DNA of 64,000 bases from Burkholderiales bacterium (GTDB taxonomy: Bacteria; Pseudomonadota; Gammaproteobacteria; Burkholderiales; JBILQJ01): contig JBILQJ010000005.1 in the NCBI GenBank assembly GCA_044373325.1, positions 656 to 64,655 of the forward strand, written 5' to 3'. Both the position numbers and the translations under genes were made by a program. The notes under the pieces are model-generated. The model did no database searches and had not been told where the DNA came from. It worked only from the letters and a program-made list of their open reading frames with translations. Shown here in pieces: positions 1 to 10,810 of the stretch (its first letter is position 1; every line of letters begins with the position of its first letter).

Positions 1-309
1 TTACCTTTTTCTCCAACTTCAGCAGGACAGGAACACGCTTGGCATTTGTACATGATACGGTTGAAGCCTGAAGCGGGGATAGGTCGAGATGAATTTATTG
101 TAAAAATGACTGAATTGGGTATTGGTTGTTCAGTGCATTTTATCCCCTTGCATTTACAACCCGTTTGGCGCGAGACTTATCACCTTACCCCACAACAGTT
201 TCCTGTTGCTCAAGCGGCGTTTGAGCAAGAAATCAGCTTGCCTTTATATACCAAAATGACGGAGGCTGATCAAGATCGAGTAATTGCCGCCGTTCGGTCT
301 TTATTGTAA
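1..309 (+). CDS. DegT/DnrJ/EryC1/StrS family sugar aminotransferase, C-terminal part (5' truncated by window)
   Basis: Frame is open from base 1 ([21 protein letters not shown]...[13 protein letters not shown]...ISLPLY), a typical DegT-family C-terminus. Confidence 0.85.
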   Translation, partial: LPFSPTSAGQEHAWHLYMIRLKPEAGIGRDEFIVKMTELGIGCSVHFIPLHLQPVWRETYHLTPQQFPVAQAAFEQEISLPLYTKMTEADQDRVIAAVRSLL

Positions 310-337
310 ATAGCAAGCCAATTTCGAACATAAAACA

Positions 338-378
338 AAGCTTCCCATTTTTTTGATTAGTGGGAAGCTTGATTTTTT
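338..378 (+). terminator. Intrinsic terminator-like hairpin
   Basis: AAGCTTCCCA (338-347) / TGGGAAGCTT (361-370), followed by a T-run. Confidence 0.55.
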
Positions 379-408
379 GATTTAACCCATTGAATTTATA
401 TTAATTTT

Positions 409-1011
409 ATGTATAAGCTTTATTATAAACGCCTGTTTGATGTTGTCGTTGCGGTTATTGCTTTGATATTTTTATTGCCTTTATTTGTTTTTATTGCGAT
501 ATTGATTCTTTTTGAAAGGCGAGGCCCTGTTTTTTTTACACAAAGTCGAGTAGGGCGATTTGGGCAAGATTTTCCCATTTATAAATTTCGTACGATGGCC
601 GTGGCTTCCGAACAGTTTGGGCAATTAACTTTAAAAAACGATGCCAGAGTCACGCGGTTGGGTCGTGTTCTGCGATTGAGTAAATTAGATGAATTGCCTC
701 AATTATGGAATGTGTTGGTTGGGCACATGAGTTTGGTTGGGCCTAGGCCTGAAGTGCCTAAATATGTGGCCATTTATCCGCCCGAAACTCGAGTTTCCGT
801 CTTGTCGGTACGGCCAGGGATTACCGACAGAGCCTCTTTGTTGATGATAGATGAGAGTACCTTATTGGCCTCTGCCCAAGATGCAGAAAGTGTTTATGTT
901 CATGAAATTTTGCCCCAAAAATTGGCCTTGTGTGTGGCTTATGTACACAACATGAGTTTTTGGGAGGATTTGGTGATTTTAGGATTAACGGTTAGAAAAA
1001 TAGTGAGATGA
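409..1011 (+). CDS. Bacterial sugar transferase (PglC/WcaJ-like phosphoglycosyl transferase)
   Basis: KRLFD, YKFRTM and KLDELPQLWNVLVGHMSLVGPRPE motifs. Confidence 0.92.
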   Translation: MYKLYYKRLFDVVVAVIALIFLLPLFVFIAILILFERRGPVFFTQSRVGRFGQDFPIYKFRTMAVASEQFGQLTLKNDARVTRLGRVLRLSKLDELPQLWNVLVGHMSLVGPRPEVPKYVAIYPPETRVSVLSVRPGITDRASLLMIDESTLLASAQDAESVYVHEILPQKLALCVAYVHNMSFWEDLVILGLTVRKIVR

Positions 1012-1090
1012 GTCCCATCGCTGTATTTGCGGCCAACCTTTTCGATGATAACTCATCGTTCATTTAAAAAAGAAAGTAACAAGGTTTATT

Positions 1091-2569
1091 ATGACTTCAT
1101 TTCGTTCGCGGGCTCGCTCTGGGCAGCGCCGCCTTACACAAGAAACGCCAACCGAAGGCGAAGCGCTGATTTCGACCAAACCGTCTCAACCCAAATCGGA
1201 CAAACGTTCAGCGCCGTTCAATAATAACAATCCGAAAAAATCGTTTAAGGATAAAACGGCTCATGCTCCAACGAGAGAGTCGGCTGTTTCTCCAACTCGT
1301 ACCGAAGTGCCTGCGAGCCCACCGCAATTGGGGAGAGATGACCGCCCCATGAATTTAACGGGTGAAAAAACGCGCGCCCCACGCTCTATGCCTGCGGCCA
1401 ACGTTGCGGATTTAAAAAGCGATCGATTTACTTTATTTGCGTCTTGTCCGCGTGGTCTGGAAGGCGTGTTGGCCGAAGAATTAACGGCCTTGTCCATGCA
1501 GCAAGTTGAAAAAATACAAGGTGGCGGTGGCGTGCATTTTGTCGGTGGCCTAAATGACGTGATGCGTGCGAATTTACACAGTCGCGTGGCCAGCCGTATT
1601 TTGTTACAAGTGGCTGAAGGGGAATATCGCACCGAAGATGACATTTATCGCATGGCGCGCCAAGTCAAATGGGAAGACTGGTTCACGCCTGCAAAAACCA
1701 TACGCATGAAAGTCGATGCTATGACCCAACGCGTCAAAAGCACCGAATTCATTGCCTTGCGCATCAAAGATGCGGTTTGTGATTATTTCCGTCACATCGA
1801 TCAAATCCGCCCCAGCGTTGATAAACATTTTCCTGACATACGCGTGCATGCATTTGTGGGGGAATACGCGGTGAATATTTATTTGGATACCAGCGGCGAA
1901 GCCTTGTTTAAAAGAGGCTGGCGCGGACAAACGGGTGAAGCGCCCCTGCGTGAAAACTTGGCCGCAGGCATTTTGTTATTGTCGGGTTATAACGGCGAGC
2001 AAAGTTTATTTGACCCCATGTGCGGCAGTGGTTCTATTTTGATTGAAGGCGCAATGATTGCGTTGAATATTGCCCCTGGCTTGCAGCGTTCGTTTGGTTT
2101 TGAAAAATTTAATGCTTTTGATGCCGCCGCTTGGCAGGGGCACAAAACAGCCGCCAAACAAGCGGAATATGATTATTTGGCCAAGCCCATTCGTGGCTCG
2201 GATCATCTTGGGCATTTGATTGAAGTGGCAAATGTTAACGCTCTAAAAGCAGGTATTGATGATGCGGTTGAATGGGGTATTGCTGATGCGCTTACGACGA
2301 AAGCCTTTGATGACAACGGCATGCTGGTGAGTAATCCGCCATACGGCGTGCGTTTGGAAGAGGTCGCTACCTTGGCCGCACTTTACCCTCAAATGGGGAC
2401 GTGGCTTAAGCGGGAATTTGCTGGTTGGTCTGTACATTTGTTAACGTCAGATCAGGGCATACAGCGCGGTTTGCGCTTGCGTGAAAAAAGAAAAGACAAG
2501 CTTTTTAACGGAGCATTGCCTTGTCATTTGTATCATTTTGAGATGGTTGCAGGTTCTAACCGCGATTAA
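1091..2569 (+). CDS. rlmL: THUMP-domain rRNA m2G methyltransferase (RlmL-like)
   Basis: THUMP domain, LDTSGEALFKRGWR, APLRENLAAG, DPMCGSG, NPPYG; about 110-aa low-complexity N-terminal extension. Confidence 0.85.
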   Translation: MTSFRSRARSGQRRLTQETPTEGEALISTKPSQPKSDKRSAPFNNNNPKKSFKDKTAHAPTRESAVSPTRTEVPASPPQLGRDDRPMNLTGEKTRAPRSMPAANVADLKSDRFTLFASCPRGLEGVLAEELTALSMQQVEKIQGGGGVHFVGGLNDVMRANLHSRVASRILLQVAEGEYRTEDDIYRMARQVKWEDWFTPAKTIRMKVDAMTQRVKSTEFIALRIKDAVCDYFRHIDQIRPSVDKHFPDIRVHAFVGEYAVNIYLDTSGEALFKRGWRGQTGEAPLRENLAAGILLLSGYNGEQSLFDPMCGSGSILIEGAMIALNIAPGLQRSFGFEKFNAFDAAAWQGHKTAAKQAEYDYLAKPIRGSDHLGHLIEVANVNALKAGIDDAVEWGIADALTTKAFDDNGMLVSNPPYGVRLEEVATLAALYPQMGTWLKREFAGWSVHLLTSDQGIQRGLRLREKRKDKLFNGALPCHLYHFEMVAGSNRD

Positions 2570-3666
2570 TTTTCGGGTTGATGCTCTGCGTTTTCTATGG
2601 ATGCCAAGACTTGAGTCACGGCATCCATTTCTGTTTTTGTGCCGATGCTCAAGCGTATGCAGTGACTTAAACTGGGTTTGGTCGAAAAATCTCTCAACAC
2701 CACGCCTTGGGCTAACATGGCCTGAAATACCGTCGCACTGTCTTTAAAACGCACCAACATAAAATTGCCGTGCGCAGGAAAAATTTCAGTCACAAAACTC
2801 AAGCTGCGCAGCAAACTCACCAAATCGTTTTTGGCTTGATTGACGTTGGCCACATTGCGCGTCATGAAGGGTACGTTTGTGGCACTGACGGCCAATTCCG
2901 CCACAGCACTGACGGGCGTGGGGATGGGGTAGGGGGCAATGACTTTTTTAAGTTGCTCGATGATTTGGGCATGAGCCAACACAAAACCACAGCGTATGCC
3001 AGCCAAACCAAAGGCTTTAGACAGAGTGCGCGTGATGACCAAATTGGGATAACTGGCCAGTAAGTCGATGACACTTTCTTGTGGACAAAATTCGATGTAA
3101 GCCTCATCGACCACCACCAAGGTGGTGTTTGCGGCGGCCTCAAGCAAACGTAACAATACGGCTCGGCTTAGTAAATCGCCCGTTGGATTGTTGGGTGAAC
3201 ATAAAAACAACAGCTTGGCGTTAGGGAGTTGCACTAATAATTCGGCTTCGTTTAATGCGCGACTGTCGGCCAACAAAGGCACATCTATCACCGCCACGTC
3301 GGCCGTTTGGGCGCTGATGGCATACATGCCATAAGTCGGTGTGCAATGAATAATGGCATCTTGATACGGTTCGCAATAACAGCGAATGAGTAACTCTATG
3401 CCTTCATCTGCGCCTCGGGTGGCCAAGACATTTTGAGCGGTGAGGGCTGCACCATGTTGATTGGCATAGTTTGCGTAAGCCTGTAATAAATTTTCAGGCT
3501 GAGCATTGGGGTAGCGATGCAATAATTGTGCGCGGAGTTCGGCGCTTAAAAAGTCTGGCGATGAACCCGCTTCATTAGCGTTGAGCCAAACTGAACCCAC
3601 GTGACCTATGCGTCTGGCCGATTGGTAAGGGATTAAATTTTCTATGGTAGGACGGGCTTGAATCAT
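2566..3666 (-). CDS. hisC: Histidinol-phosphate aminotransferase
   Basis: WLNANE, RYP, CSPNNPTG, DEAYIEF, RTLSKAFGLAGIRCG. Confidence 0.93.
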   Translation of the reverse strand: MIQARPTIENLIPYQSARRIGHVGSVWLNANEAGSSPDFLSAELRAQLLHRYPNAQPENLLQAYANYANQHGAALTAQNVLATRGADEGIELLIRCYCEPYQDAIIHCTPTYGMYAISAQTADVAVIDVPLLADSRALNEAELLVQLPNAKLLFLCSPNNPTGDLLSRAVLLRLLEAAANTTLVVVDEAYIEFCPQESVIDLLASYPNLVITRTLSKAFGLAGIRCGFVLAHAQIIEQLKKVIAPYPIPTPVSAVAELAVSATNVPFMTRNVANVNQAKNDLVSLLRSLSFVTEIFPAHGNFMLVRFKDSATVFQAMLAQGVVLRDFSTKPSLSHCIRLSIGTKTEMDAVTQVLASIENAEHQPEN

Positions 3667-3763
3667 AAGTAGGATTCTTTCTATGGTCAGTTGAGTTTGT
3701 TTATTTGAAGTGAATAAATCTTACTGTATTTTAAAGAAAAAGCCAAATCAGATTATAAAGGCT

Positions 3764-3813
3764 TTGCGGCCAACCTTTTTCGCTGAATATCTCCCGCAAA
3801 AGGTTGGCCGCAA
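3764..3813. terminator. Inverted motif pair (hairpin) downstream of speB
   Basis: TTGCGGCCAACCTTTT 3764-3779 / AAAAGGTTGGCCGCAA 3798-3813. Confidence 0.75.
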
Positions 3814-3827
3814 TGAAAAAATGACAG

Positions 3828-4787
3828 TTAAGCAATGCCCATCTTTTTATTGCGCAGGACGCACAATAAATCGCAAGCGATGTGCGCCGCCGCAAGGGCG
3901 GTGATGTCGCTTTGGTCGTAAGCGGGCGCGACTTCAACCACGTCGCAACCGACCAAATTGACCGCGCCCATTTTGCGGATGATTTGCAAAGCTTGAGCGC
4001 TGGTTAATCCACCGGGGACGGGCGTGCCTGTACCTGGCGCATAAGCAGGGTCCAAACAATCGATGTCAAACGTCAAATAGGTTGGGTTGTTGCCCACTAT
4101 GGCCAAAATTCTGCGTATGGTTTCGGGGATGCCTATCTCATGTACGGTTGGCGCATCGATGCGGTTGATGCCTAAAAAATCGTCATTCCAAGTTCTTAAG
4201 CCAATTTGCACTGAGGTTTTTGGGTCGATTAAGCCTTCTTTGACGGCTTTGTAAAACATGGTACCGTGATTTAAACTGTCTGGATTGTCATCTGCCCACG
4301 TGTCGCAATGCGCATCAAAATGGATTAAAGACAAGGGTTTACCGTATTTTTCGGCGTGTGCAATCAATAAAGGGTAAGTGATGTAATGATCGCCGCCCAA
4401 AGTGAGCATGGTGGCTCCGCTGTTTAATATCGTTTTTGCGTGTTGTACGATGCTGTCTTTGATGGTCAGTGGATTGTGGGCATCGAACCAACAATCGCCA
4501 TAATCAATCACAGCCAAGTCGTCAAACGGGTCAAATCCCCACGGAAAAGGTTTGAGTTCAGCCAATTGCACCGAAGCGGCTCGAATGGCCGCAGGCCCTA
4601 AGCGCGCGCCAGAGCGAAACGTGGTGGATAAATCCAACGGTACGCCAGAAATGGCCACATCAACGCCCGTTAAATCGCGGCTGTAATTGCGGCGCATAAA
4701 ACTGAGTACGCCCGCATAAGTGTTTTCTATGGAAGAGCCATAAAGAGACTCGCGTCGTATCGCGCCATCGCCCATGATTTCGGCCAT
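3828..4787 (-). CDS. speB: Agmatinase (ureohydrolase family)
   Basis: GGDH, DAHCD, DIDCLDPAYAPGTGTP, DVVEVAP. Confidence 0.9.
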   Translation of the reverse strand: MAEIMGDGAIRRESLYGSSIENTYAGVLSFMRRNYSRDLTGVDVAISGVPLDLSTTFRSGARLGPAAIRAASVQLAELKPFPWGFDPFDDLAVIDYGDCWFDAHNPLTIKDSIVQHAKTILNSGATMLTLGGDHYITYPLLIAHAEKYGKPLSLIHFDAHCDTWADDNPDSLNHGTMFYKAVKEGLIDPKTSVQIGLRTWNDDFLGINRIDAPTVHEIGIPETIRRILAIVGNNPTYLTFDIDCLDPAYAPGTGTPVPGGLTSAQALQIIRKMGAVNLVGCDVVEVAPAYDQSDITALAAAHIACDLLCVLRNKKMGIA

Positions 4788-4849
4788 GTTGTTTCCTTTT
4801 TAAAGTTAAAATTAAAATTGAGTCCAGTTAAAAATAGCCGCGCAGTGGC

Positions 4850-5497
4850 TTATTCTCCGCAGCATTTTTTAAATTTTTTGCCACTGCCGCAAGGGCAAGC
4901 TTCGTTGCTGCCTATCTTTTTGCCCACGATGCGTTGGGCGGGTTTGCATTTAATGACTTGCCAATATTGGTAAATGGCGATGAGGCTGGGGACTAAATTT
5001 TCACGACAAGCGCGGCGTTCGGCTTCGCTTGGGGGCATCATTTTTTCGAGTTCTTCGCCTTCATTGGCCAATACAAACAAAGGCACAAACAGCTCTTCAA
5101 ACTCTTCAGATTCGCCAGTGGCTTCAAACCAATCGGTTTTGACGCTGTCTAGGCCATATAAATAAGCGCCGCACCATGATTTATAATCTTCTTGGCCATC
5201 TTCACCATAAACAATTAAGGTCAAGCCTTCGCCTTCGGCCAATTGTGCCAAAATGTGGTCTTTATATTGAACCAGCAACGTGGCCAATTCGGCGGTATCG
5301 GCATGATCGCGTGGTGTCTCGCCCAACAAAGCTGACCAATGTTCTTCTAAATCAAAGGCATCTGGCCCGCTGACGGTGGCGCACAAAAACCCTTGAATTT
5401 CGTCTAAAGACAAGGGTTCGAAGCCTGCATCGCGCAGTTCGTCGCATAAGCCATCAAGGCGGTCTAGTTGGGTGTCACCAAAAGCAGTGTTATTCAT
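4850..5497 (-). CDS. YecA/UPF0149 family protein with C-terminal SEC-C motif
   Basis: GFLCATVSGP, WCGAY, GSNEACPCGSGKKFKKCC. Confidence 0.85.
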   Translation of the reverse strand: MNNTAFGDTQLDRLDGLCDELRDAGFEPLSLDEIQGFLCATVSGPDAFDLEEHWSALLGETPRDHADTAELATLLVQYKDHILAQLAEGEGLTLIVYGEDGQEDYKSWCGAYLYGLDSVKTDWFEATGESEEFEELFVPLFVLANEGEELEKMMPPSEAERRACRENLVPSLIAIYQYWQVIKCKPAQRIVGKKIGSNEACPCGSGKKFKKCCGE

Positions 5498-5747
5498 GGC
5501 AGAGTTTCCTTTACAAAGGTCATTTAAAAGGCGCTATTGTACGGAAAAATCACTCGTTTGGGGGTTAGTTTCATGTAAATCTCGACACAATCAAGGGGCT
5601 AGACACAAAAAACCTTGTCATTCTGGGTGAATTTTGTAACAATCAGAACCTTTTTATCCTGGCGGTCTCGCAAAGTTGTAGCCAATCTTTTGCGGCCAAC
5701 CTTTTATATTATTTTTCTTTTATTTTTAAGTCGTTTTAATCCAAATC

Positions 5748-8411
5748 ATGAAAACAGCTGATATTCGTCAAAAATTCCTCCATTTTTTTGAAAAAAATGG
5801 CCACACCATTTGCCCCTCGAGCAGTTTGGTGCCTTGGGAAGACCCTACTTTATTATTTACGAATGCGGGCATGAACCAATTTAAAGACACTTTTTTGGGC
5901 TTGGAAACGCGCGCGTATCAACGCGCCACCACGTCGCAAAAGTGCGTGCGTGCCGGCGGTAAACACAACGATTTAGAAAATGTGGGTTACACCGCAAGGC
6001 ATCATACTTTTTTTGAAATGTTGGGTAATTTCAGTTTTGGCGATTATTTTAAGCGCGAAGCCATACAATTTGCATGGAACTTTTTGACCTCTGTCGAAGA
6101 TGGCTTGGGTTTGCCGAAAGAAAAATTAATGGTGACTGTTTACGCCACAGACGACGAAGCCTTTGACATTTGGCATCAAGAAATCGGCATACCCGTTGAA
6201 AAAATTGTGCGCATCGGCGACAACAAAGGTGCGCCTTACGCGTCCGATAATTTTTGGACCATGGGCGACACGGGGCCTTGCGGGCCTTGTACCGAAATTT
6301 TTTATGATCACGGCGCACACATTGCGGGTGGGCCACCCGGTTCACCAGAGGAGGACGGCGATCGATTTATCGAAATTTGGAACAATGTTTTCATGCAGTT
6401 TAATCGCGATGAAAAAGGCGTTTTGCATCCTTTGCCCAAACCTTCGGTGGATACGGGCATGGGTTTGGAGCGCATCAGCGCGATTATGCAACGCGTACAC
6501 GCCAACTACGAAATAGATTTGTTTGTGGCCTTGTTAAAAGCCGCCGCGCGTGAAACGGGCGTGCCTTACAATCAAGAAACGCCATCGCTCAAAGTCATCG
6601 CCGATCACATTCGCGCGTGTTCTTTTTTGGTGGCCGATGGCGTGTTGCCTTCCAACGAGGGACGGGGCTATGTTTTGCGCCGCATCATACGTCGCGCCAT
6701 ACGTCACGGCTATAAATTGAATCAAAAAGGCACGTTTTTCTATAAAATTGTGCCTGATTTGGTGGCTGAAATGGGCGATGCATATCCTGAACTTCGCACC
6801 GAACAGCAAAAAATCATGCAAGTCTTAGAACAAGAAGAAATCCGTTTTGCTGACACCTTAGAAAAAGGGATGTTGTTGCTGGATGGCGCGTTGGCAGGTG
6901 GCAAAAAAGCCTTAGATGGCGCCAGCATTTTCAAACTGTATGACACCTTTGGTTTTCCGGTGGATTTGACGGCCGACATTTGCCGCGAACGCAACATAGA
7001 ATTGGATTTGGCGGGTTTTGAAGTCGAAATGGCCAATCAGCGCAATCGTGCGCGTGCGACTTCTGCTTTTAAAGTATCGGCCAATGTGATTTATGAGGGC
7101 ACGGACAGCGCTTTTCATGGCTACGAACAGCATAGCCGTGAGGCCACCATTTTGGCTTTGTATCAAGATGGCGCGGCTGTGTTGGCTTTAGAAGCGGGCG
7201 CAACGGGCATCATCGTCTTGGATAACACGCCTTTTTACGCTGAAGGCGGCGGTCAAGTGGGCGATGTGGGCTTGATTGTTTCCGAGGCCAGTCAATTTAA
7301 AGTTTTGGATACTCAAAAAATTAAAGCCCAAGTCTTTGGTCAAGTGGGTTTTATTGAAAAAGGGGTGTTGCGTGTGGGCGAAGCGGTCACGGCCAGCGTG
7401 GATTTGGCCAGCCGTCAAGCGACCTCTCGCAATCATTCGGCAACGCATTTGTTGCACAGTGCCTTACGAAAAATTTTGGGTACGCACGTTGCTCAAAAAG
7501 GGTCTTTGGTTAATCCTGAACGGGCGCGTTTTGATTTTACGCACACAGAACCCTTAAGTGCCGAAATCATTAACGCCATCGAAGCTCATGTGAACGCGGC
7601 TATTTTGGACAATGCAGCCATAGAAGCGCAAACCACGACTTACGAGCTAGCCATCGCCCAAGGCGCGATTGCTTTGTTTGGTGAAAAATATGGCGATGAT
7701 GTGCGCGTATTATCGATGGGCGAGCATTCTACTGAATTGTGCGGCGGTGTACACGCCAGTCGCACGGGCGACATCGGTTTGTTTAAAATTGTCAGTGAGG
7801 GCGGTGTGGCCGCAGGCATTCGACGCATAGAAGCAGTGACGGGCACCAATGCTTTGGTTTGGGTGCAACAACAAGACAATATTTTGAAAAACAGCGCGGC
7901 TTTGCTTCAGGCGCAACCGACTGAATTGTTTGATAAATTGACAAAGTTGCAAGCCGAATTAAAATCTACCCAAAAAGAAATGGCCACTTTAAAATCACAA
8001 ATGGCGTTTTCTCAATTGGATGGGTTGTTGGGTGCGGGTTTGCGCGTGATTCATGGTGTTAAAGCTTTGGCTTCGGTGGTTGAGGGGCTAGATGCGGCTA
8101 CTTTGCGTGACATGAGCGACAAAGTCATGGACTCTTTGTGCGCCAATCAGAGTGAAGCCGTTGTGTTGTTGGCCAGCGTAGTGGACGGTAAAGTCAGCTT
8201 GATTGCGCGGGTTTCCAAAGGCTTAACCAAGCAAGTCAAAGCCGGCGAGTTGGTCAACTGGGTAGCCGAGCAAGTCGGTGGCAAAGGCGGTGGTCGTCCC
8301 GACATGGCGCAAGCTGGCGGCACAAAACCAGAAAATTTAGCGCCCGCCATGCGGTCGACCGAAGTTTGGTTAACTGAAAAATTGCAAGGCCTATCGTCAG
8401 TCAGCGTTTGA
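5748..8411 (+). CDS. alaS: Alanine--tRNA ligase
   Basis: [60 protein letters not shown]. Confidence 0.99.
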   Translation: MKTADIRQKFLHFFEKNGHTICPSSSLVPWEDPTLLFTNAGMNQFKDTFLGLETRAYQRATTSQKCVRAGGKHNDLENVGYTARHHTFFEMLGNFSFGDYFKREAIQFAWNFLTSVEDGLGLPKEKLMVTVYATDDEAFDIWHQEIGIPVEKIVRIGDNKGAPYASDNFWTMGDTGPCGPCTEIFYDHGAHIAGGPPGSPEEDGDRFIEIWNNVFMQFNRDEKGVLHPLPKPSVDTGMGLERISAIMQRVHANYEIDLFVALLKAAARETGVPYNQETPSLKVIADHIRACSFLVADGVLPSNEGRGYVLRRIIRRAIRHGYKLNQKGTFFYKIVPDLVAEMGDAYPELRTEQQKIMQVLEQEEIRFADTLEKGMLLLDGALAGGKKALDGASIFKLYDTFGFPVDLTADICRERNIELDLAGFEVEMANQRNRARATSAFKVSANVIYEGTDSAFHGYEQHSREATILALYQDGAAVLALEAGATGIIVLDNTPFYAEGGGQVGDVGLIVSEASQFKVLDTQKIKAQVFGQVGFIEKGVLRVGEAVTASVDLASRQATSRNHSATHLLHSALRKILGTHVAQKGSLVNPERARFDFTHTEPLSAEIINAIEAHVNAAILDNAAIEAQTTTYELAIAQGAIALFGEKYGDDVRVLSMGEHSTELCGGVHASRTGDIGLFKIVSEGGVAAGIRRIEAVTGTNALVWVQQQDNILKNSAALLQAQPTELFDKLTKLQAELKSTQKEMATLKSQMAFSQLDGLLGAGLRVIHGVKALASVVEGLDAATLRDMSDKVMDSLCANQSEAVVLLASVVDGKVSLIARVSKGLTKQVKAGELVNWVAEQVGGKGGGRPDMAQAGGTKPENLAPAMRSTEVWLTEKLQGLSSVSV

Positions 8412-8431
8412 TGGTTGAGTGTTAAATAGTA

Positions 8432-8480
8432 TTGCGGCCAACCTTTTTCCTTGTTTTTAGGTAAAAAAGGTTGGCCGCAA
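8432..8480. terminator. Inverted motif pair after alaS
   Basis: TTGCGGCCAACCTTTT 8432-8447 / AAAAGGTTGGCCGCAA 8465-8480. Confidence 0.75.
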
Positions 8481-8550
8481 GTGACAGGCTACAAAATAAA
8501 CTGTTACTATGCGTGACTTCTTTAATTTTCAATGAAATGAGTTTAATTTT

Positions 8551-9963
8551 ATGACAGTACGTACCCGATTCGCACCAAGCCCAACTGGACTTTTACACAT
8601 AGGCGGTGTTCGCACGGCTTTGTTTTCATGGGCTTATGCAAAAAAAATGGGCGGTGAGTTTATTTTAAGAATAGAAGATACCGATTTGGTGCGTTCGACG
8701 GCCGAATCCAAATTAGCCATTTTAGATGGCATGGCTTGGGTTGGTTTGCAAGCTCAAGGCGAACCCATTTATCAAACGCAACGTTTTGCGCGTTACGCGG
8801 AAGTCTTGCAAAGCTTGCTGGACAGCGGTCATGCGTATTATTGCTATTCGACCAAAGCCGAATTGGATTTGGTGCGCGAAGCACAAGAAGCGGCAGGAGA
8901 AAAACCCCGTTATGACAGAACTTGGCGACCCGAAGCAGGGAAAATTTTGCCAGCCATCCCAGCCGATGCCACGCCTGTGGTGCGTTTCAAAAATCCGTTG
9001 ACAGGTGAAGTGGCTTGGGACGATGCCGTCAAAGGTCGCATCAGCATACAAAATGAAGAGTTAGACGATTTGGTGCTGGCACGAGGTGATGGCTCACCCA
9101 CTTATAATTTTTGTGTGGTGGTCGATGACAGCGACATGGGGATTACTCACGTTATACGCGGCGATGATCATGTGAATAACACGCCGCGACAAATTAATAT
9201 TTTGGCGGCTTTGGGTGTAAAAGCCCCCATTTATGCGCATTTGCCCATGATATTAAACGCCGATGGGCAAAAAATGTCTAAGCGCCGCGATGCGGTCAGC
9301 GTGGTGGATTTTGATGCCATGGGGATTTTGCCTGAAGCCATGTTGAATTATTTGGCGCGCTTGGGTTGGGGACACGGCGACGATGAAATTTTTACTTTAG
9401 ATCAATTTGTTGAATGGTTTACGCTCGAACACGTCAGCCCATCGCCCAGTCGGTTTGATTTGGAAAAATTGCGCTGGACGAACGCGCAGCACTTAAAATT
9501 AATGGACAATACCGAGCTAGCAAAGCGCTTGGCTGGGCGCTTGCCCATTCAAGTGTTCGAGAAAAGTCAAGCCGCTGATGCGCCTGATTTGGCGGCGGTG
9601 GTGGGTTTGGTCAAAGAAAGGGTGCAAGATTTGAATGCTTTGGCTTTGGAATGCGATTATTTTTATTGCCCCCGCACGCCAGAAACCGTTGAGGTCGAAA
9701 AACATTTGTCAATGGAAACTCGTGAACGGATGCAGCGTTTTGCGCAAAGGTTGGCCGCATTACCTGCTTGGAATGCGGTGGCCATTCACGAGCTTTTCAA
9801 ACCTTTTTGCGCGGAAGAAGGTATTAAAATGGGGCAGCTGGGTATGCCTTTGCGTTTGCTGGTGTGCGGCACAACGCAAACTCCTTCGGTGGATGAGGTG
9901 TTGGCCTTAATTGGCCAACCAGAAGTTTTGGCGCGTTTATCGCATACTTTGCAATTGTCATAA
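8551..9963 (+). CDS. gltX: Glutamate--tRNA ligase
   Basis: RFAPSPTG, HIGG, KMSKR. Confidence 0.98.
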   Translation: MTVRTRFAPSPTGLLHIGGVRTALFSWAYAKKMGGEFILRIEDTDLVRSTAESKLAILDGMAWVGLQAQGEPIYQTQRFARYAEVLQSLLDSGHAYYCYSTKAELDLVREAQEAAGEKPRYDRTWRPEAGKILPAIPADATPVVRFKNPLTGEVAWDDAVKGRISIQNEELDDLVLARGDGSPTYNFCVVVDDSDMGITHVIRGDDHVNNTPRQINILAALGVKAPIYAHLPMILNADGQKMSKRRDAVSVVDFDAMGILPEAMLNYLARLGWGHGDDEIFTLDQFVEWFTLEHVSPSPSRFDLEKLRWTNAQHLKLMDNTELAKRLAGRLPIQVFEKSQAADAPDLAAVVGLVKERVQDLNALALECDYFYCPRTPETVEVEKHLSMETRERMQRFAQRLAALPAWNAVAIHELFKPFCAEEGIKMGQLGMPLRLLVCGTTQTPSVDEVLALIGQPEVLARLSHTLQLS

Positions 9964-10076
9964 AGGGTTTGGAGGATGTCAAAAAACAAGCGTGTATACT
10001 TAGTGACTAAAATGACTTGGAATAAGGTATAATGCGCCCCTTATTTTTGCTTGATTTTTATTAATTGGGGTATTTT

Positions 10077-10736
10077 ATGATGGCTGCCGTACCTGATTTT
10101 CCTGAAAAAAAAGAGCATAAAAGCACCAAAAGTTATATGCAAAGACTGCGTGATTATTTGATTACAGGCTTGTTGATTTGGTTGCCAATTTCGCTCACCA
10201 TTTGGGTGGTGTCGACTTTAATTGGTTCTATGGATCGGTTTTTGTTGTTGTTGCCTGCGCATATGCAACCCAAAGCGCTGTTTGGTTTCGATATTCCGGG
10301 CTTGGGTGCTGTGTTGGTGGTGTTTTTAATTTTGGCAACGGGTTTGTTTGCGGCCAACGTTTTGGGTAAAAAACTGGTGTATGCCTTTGAATGGTTGATG
10401 TCCAGAACACCTGGCATCAAAGGCATTTACAACAGCATCAAACAAGTCAGCGACACCTTGTTATCGGATAGTGGCAATGCTTTTCGCGAAGCGGTGCTGG
10501 TGCAATTTCCTCACCCTGGTTGTTGGGCGATTGCTTTTGTGACGGGCAAACCCGCTGAATCGCTTAATCCTCATTTGGGCACAGAAGAATACGTCAGTGT
10601 TTATGTGCCAACCACCCCCAATCCAACAGGGGGATATTTTATTATGATTAAAAAATCAGACGTTCGCGTGTTGGACATGAGTGTCGATACAGCCTTGAAA
10701 TATATTATTTCTATGGGTGTGGTTACCCCAAACTGA
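10077..10736 (+). CDS. DUF502 family membrane protein
   Basis: Two N-terminal TM segments; VYVPTTPNPTGGY; ALKYIISMG. Confidence 0.88.
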   Translation: MMAAVPDFPEKKEHKSTKSYMQRLRDYLITGLLIWLPISLTIWVVSTLIGSMDRFLLLLPAHMQPKALFGFDIPGLGAVLVVFLILATGLFAANVLGKKLVYAFEWLMSRTPGIKGIYNSIKQVSDTLLSDSGNAFREAVLVQFPHPGCWAIAFVTGKPAESLNPHLGTEEYVSVYVPTTPNPTGGYFIMIKKSDVRVLDMSVDTALKYIISMGVVTPN

Positions 10737-10810
10737 CAAGGGTTGTGTGCTGTTTTTGTGTTGATAAGTTTCTTTCATGGATATGATCTTTTTATTTTTA
10801 GGAGCAGGTT

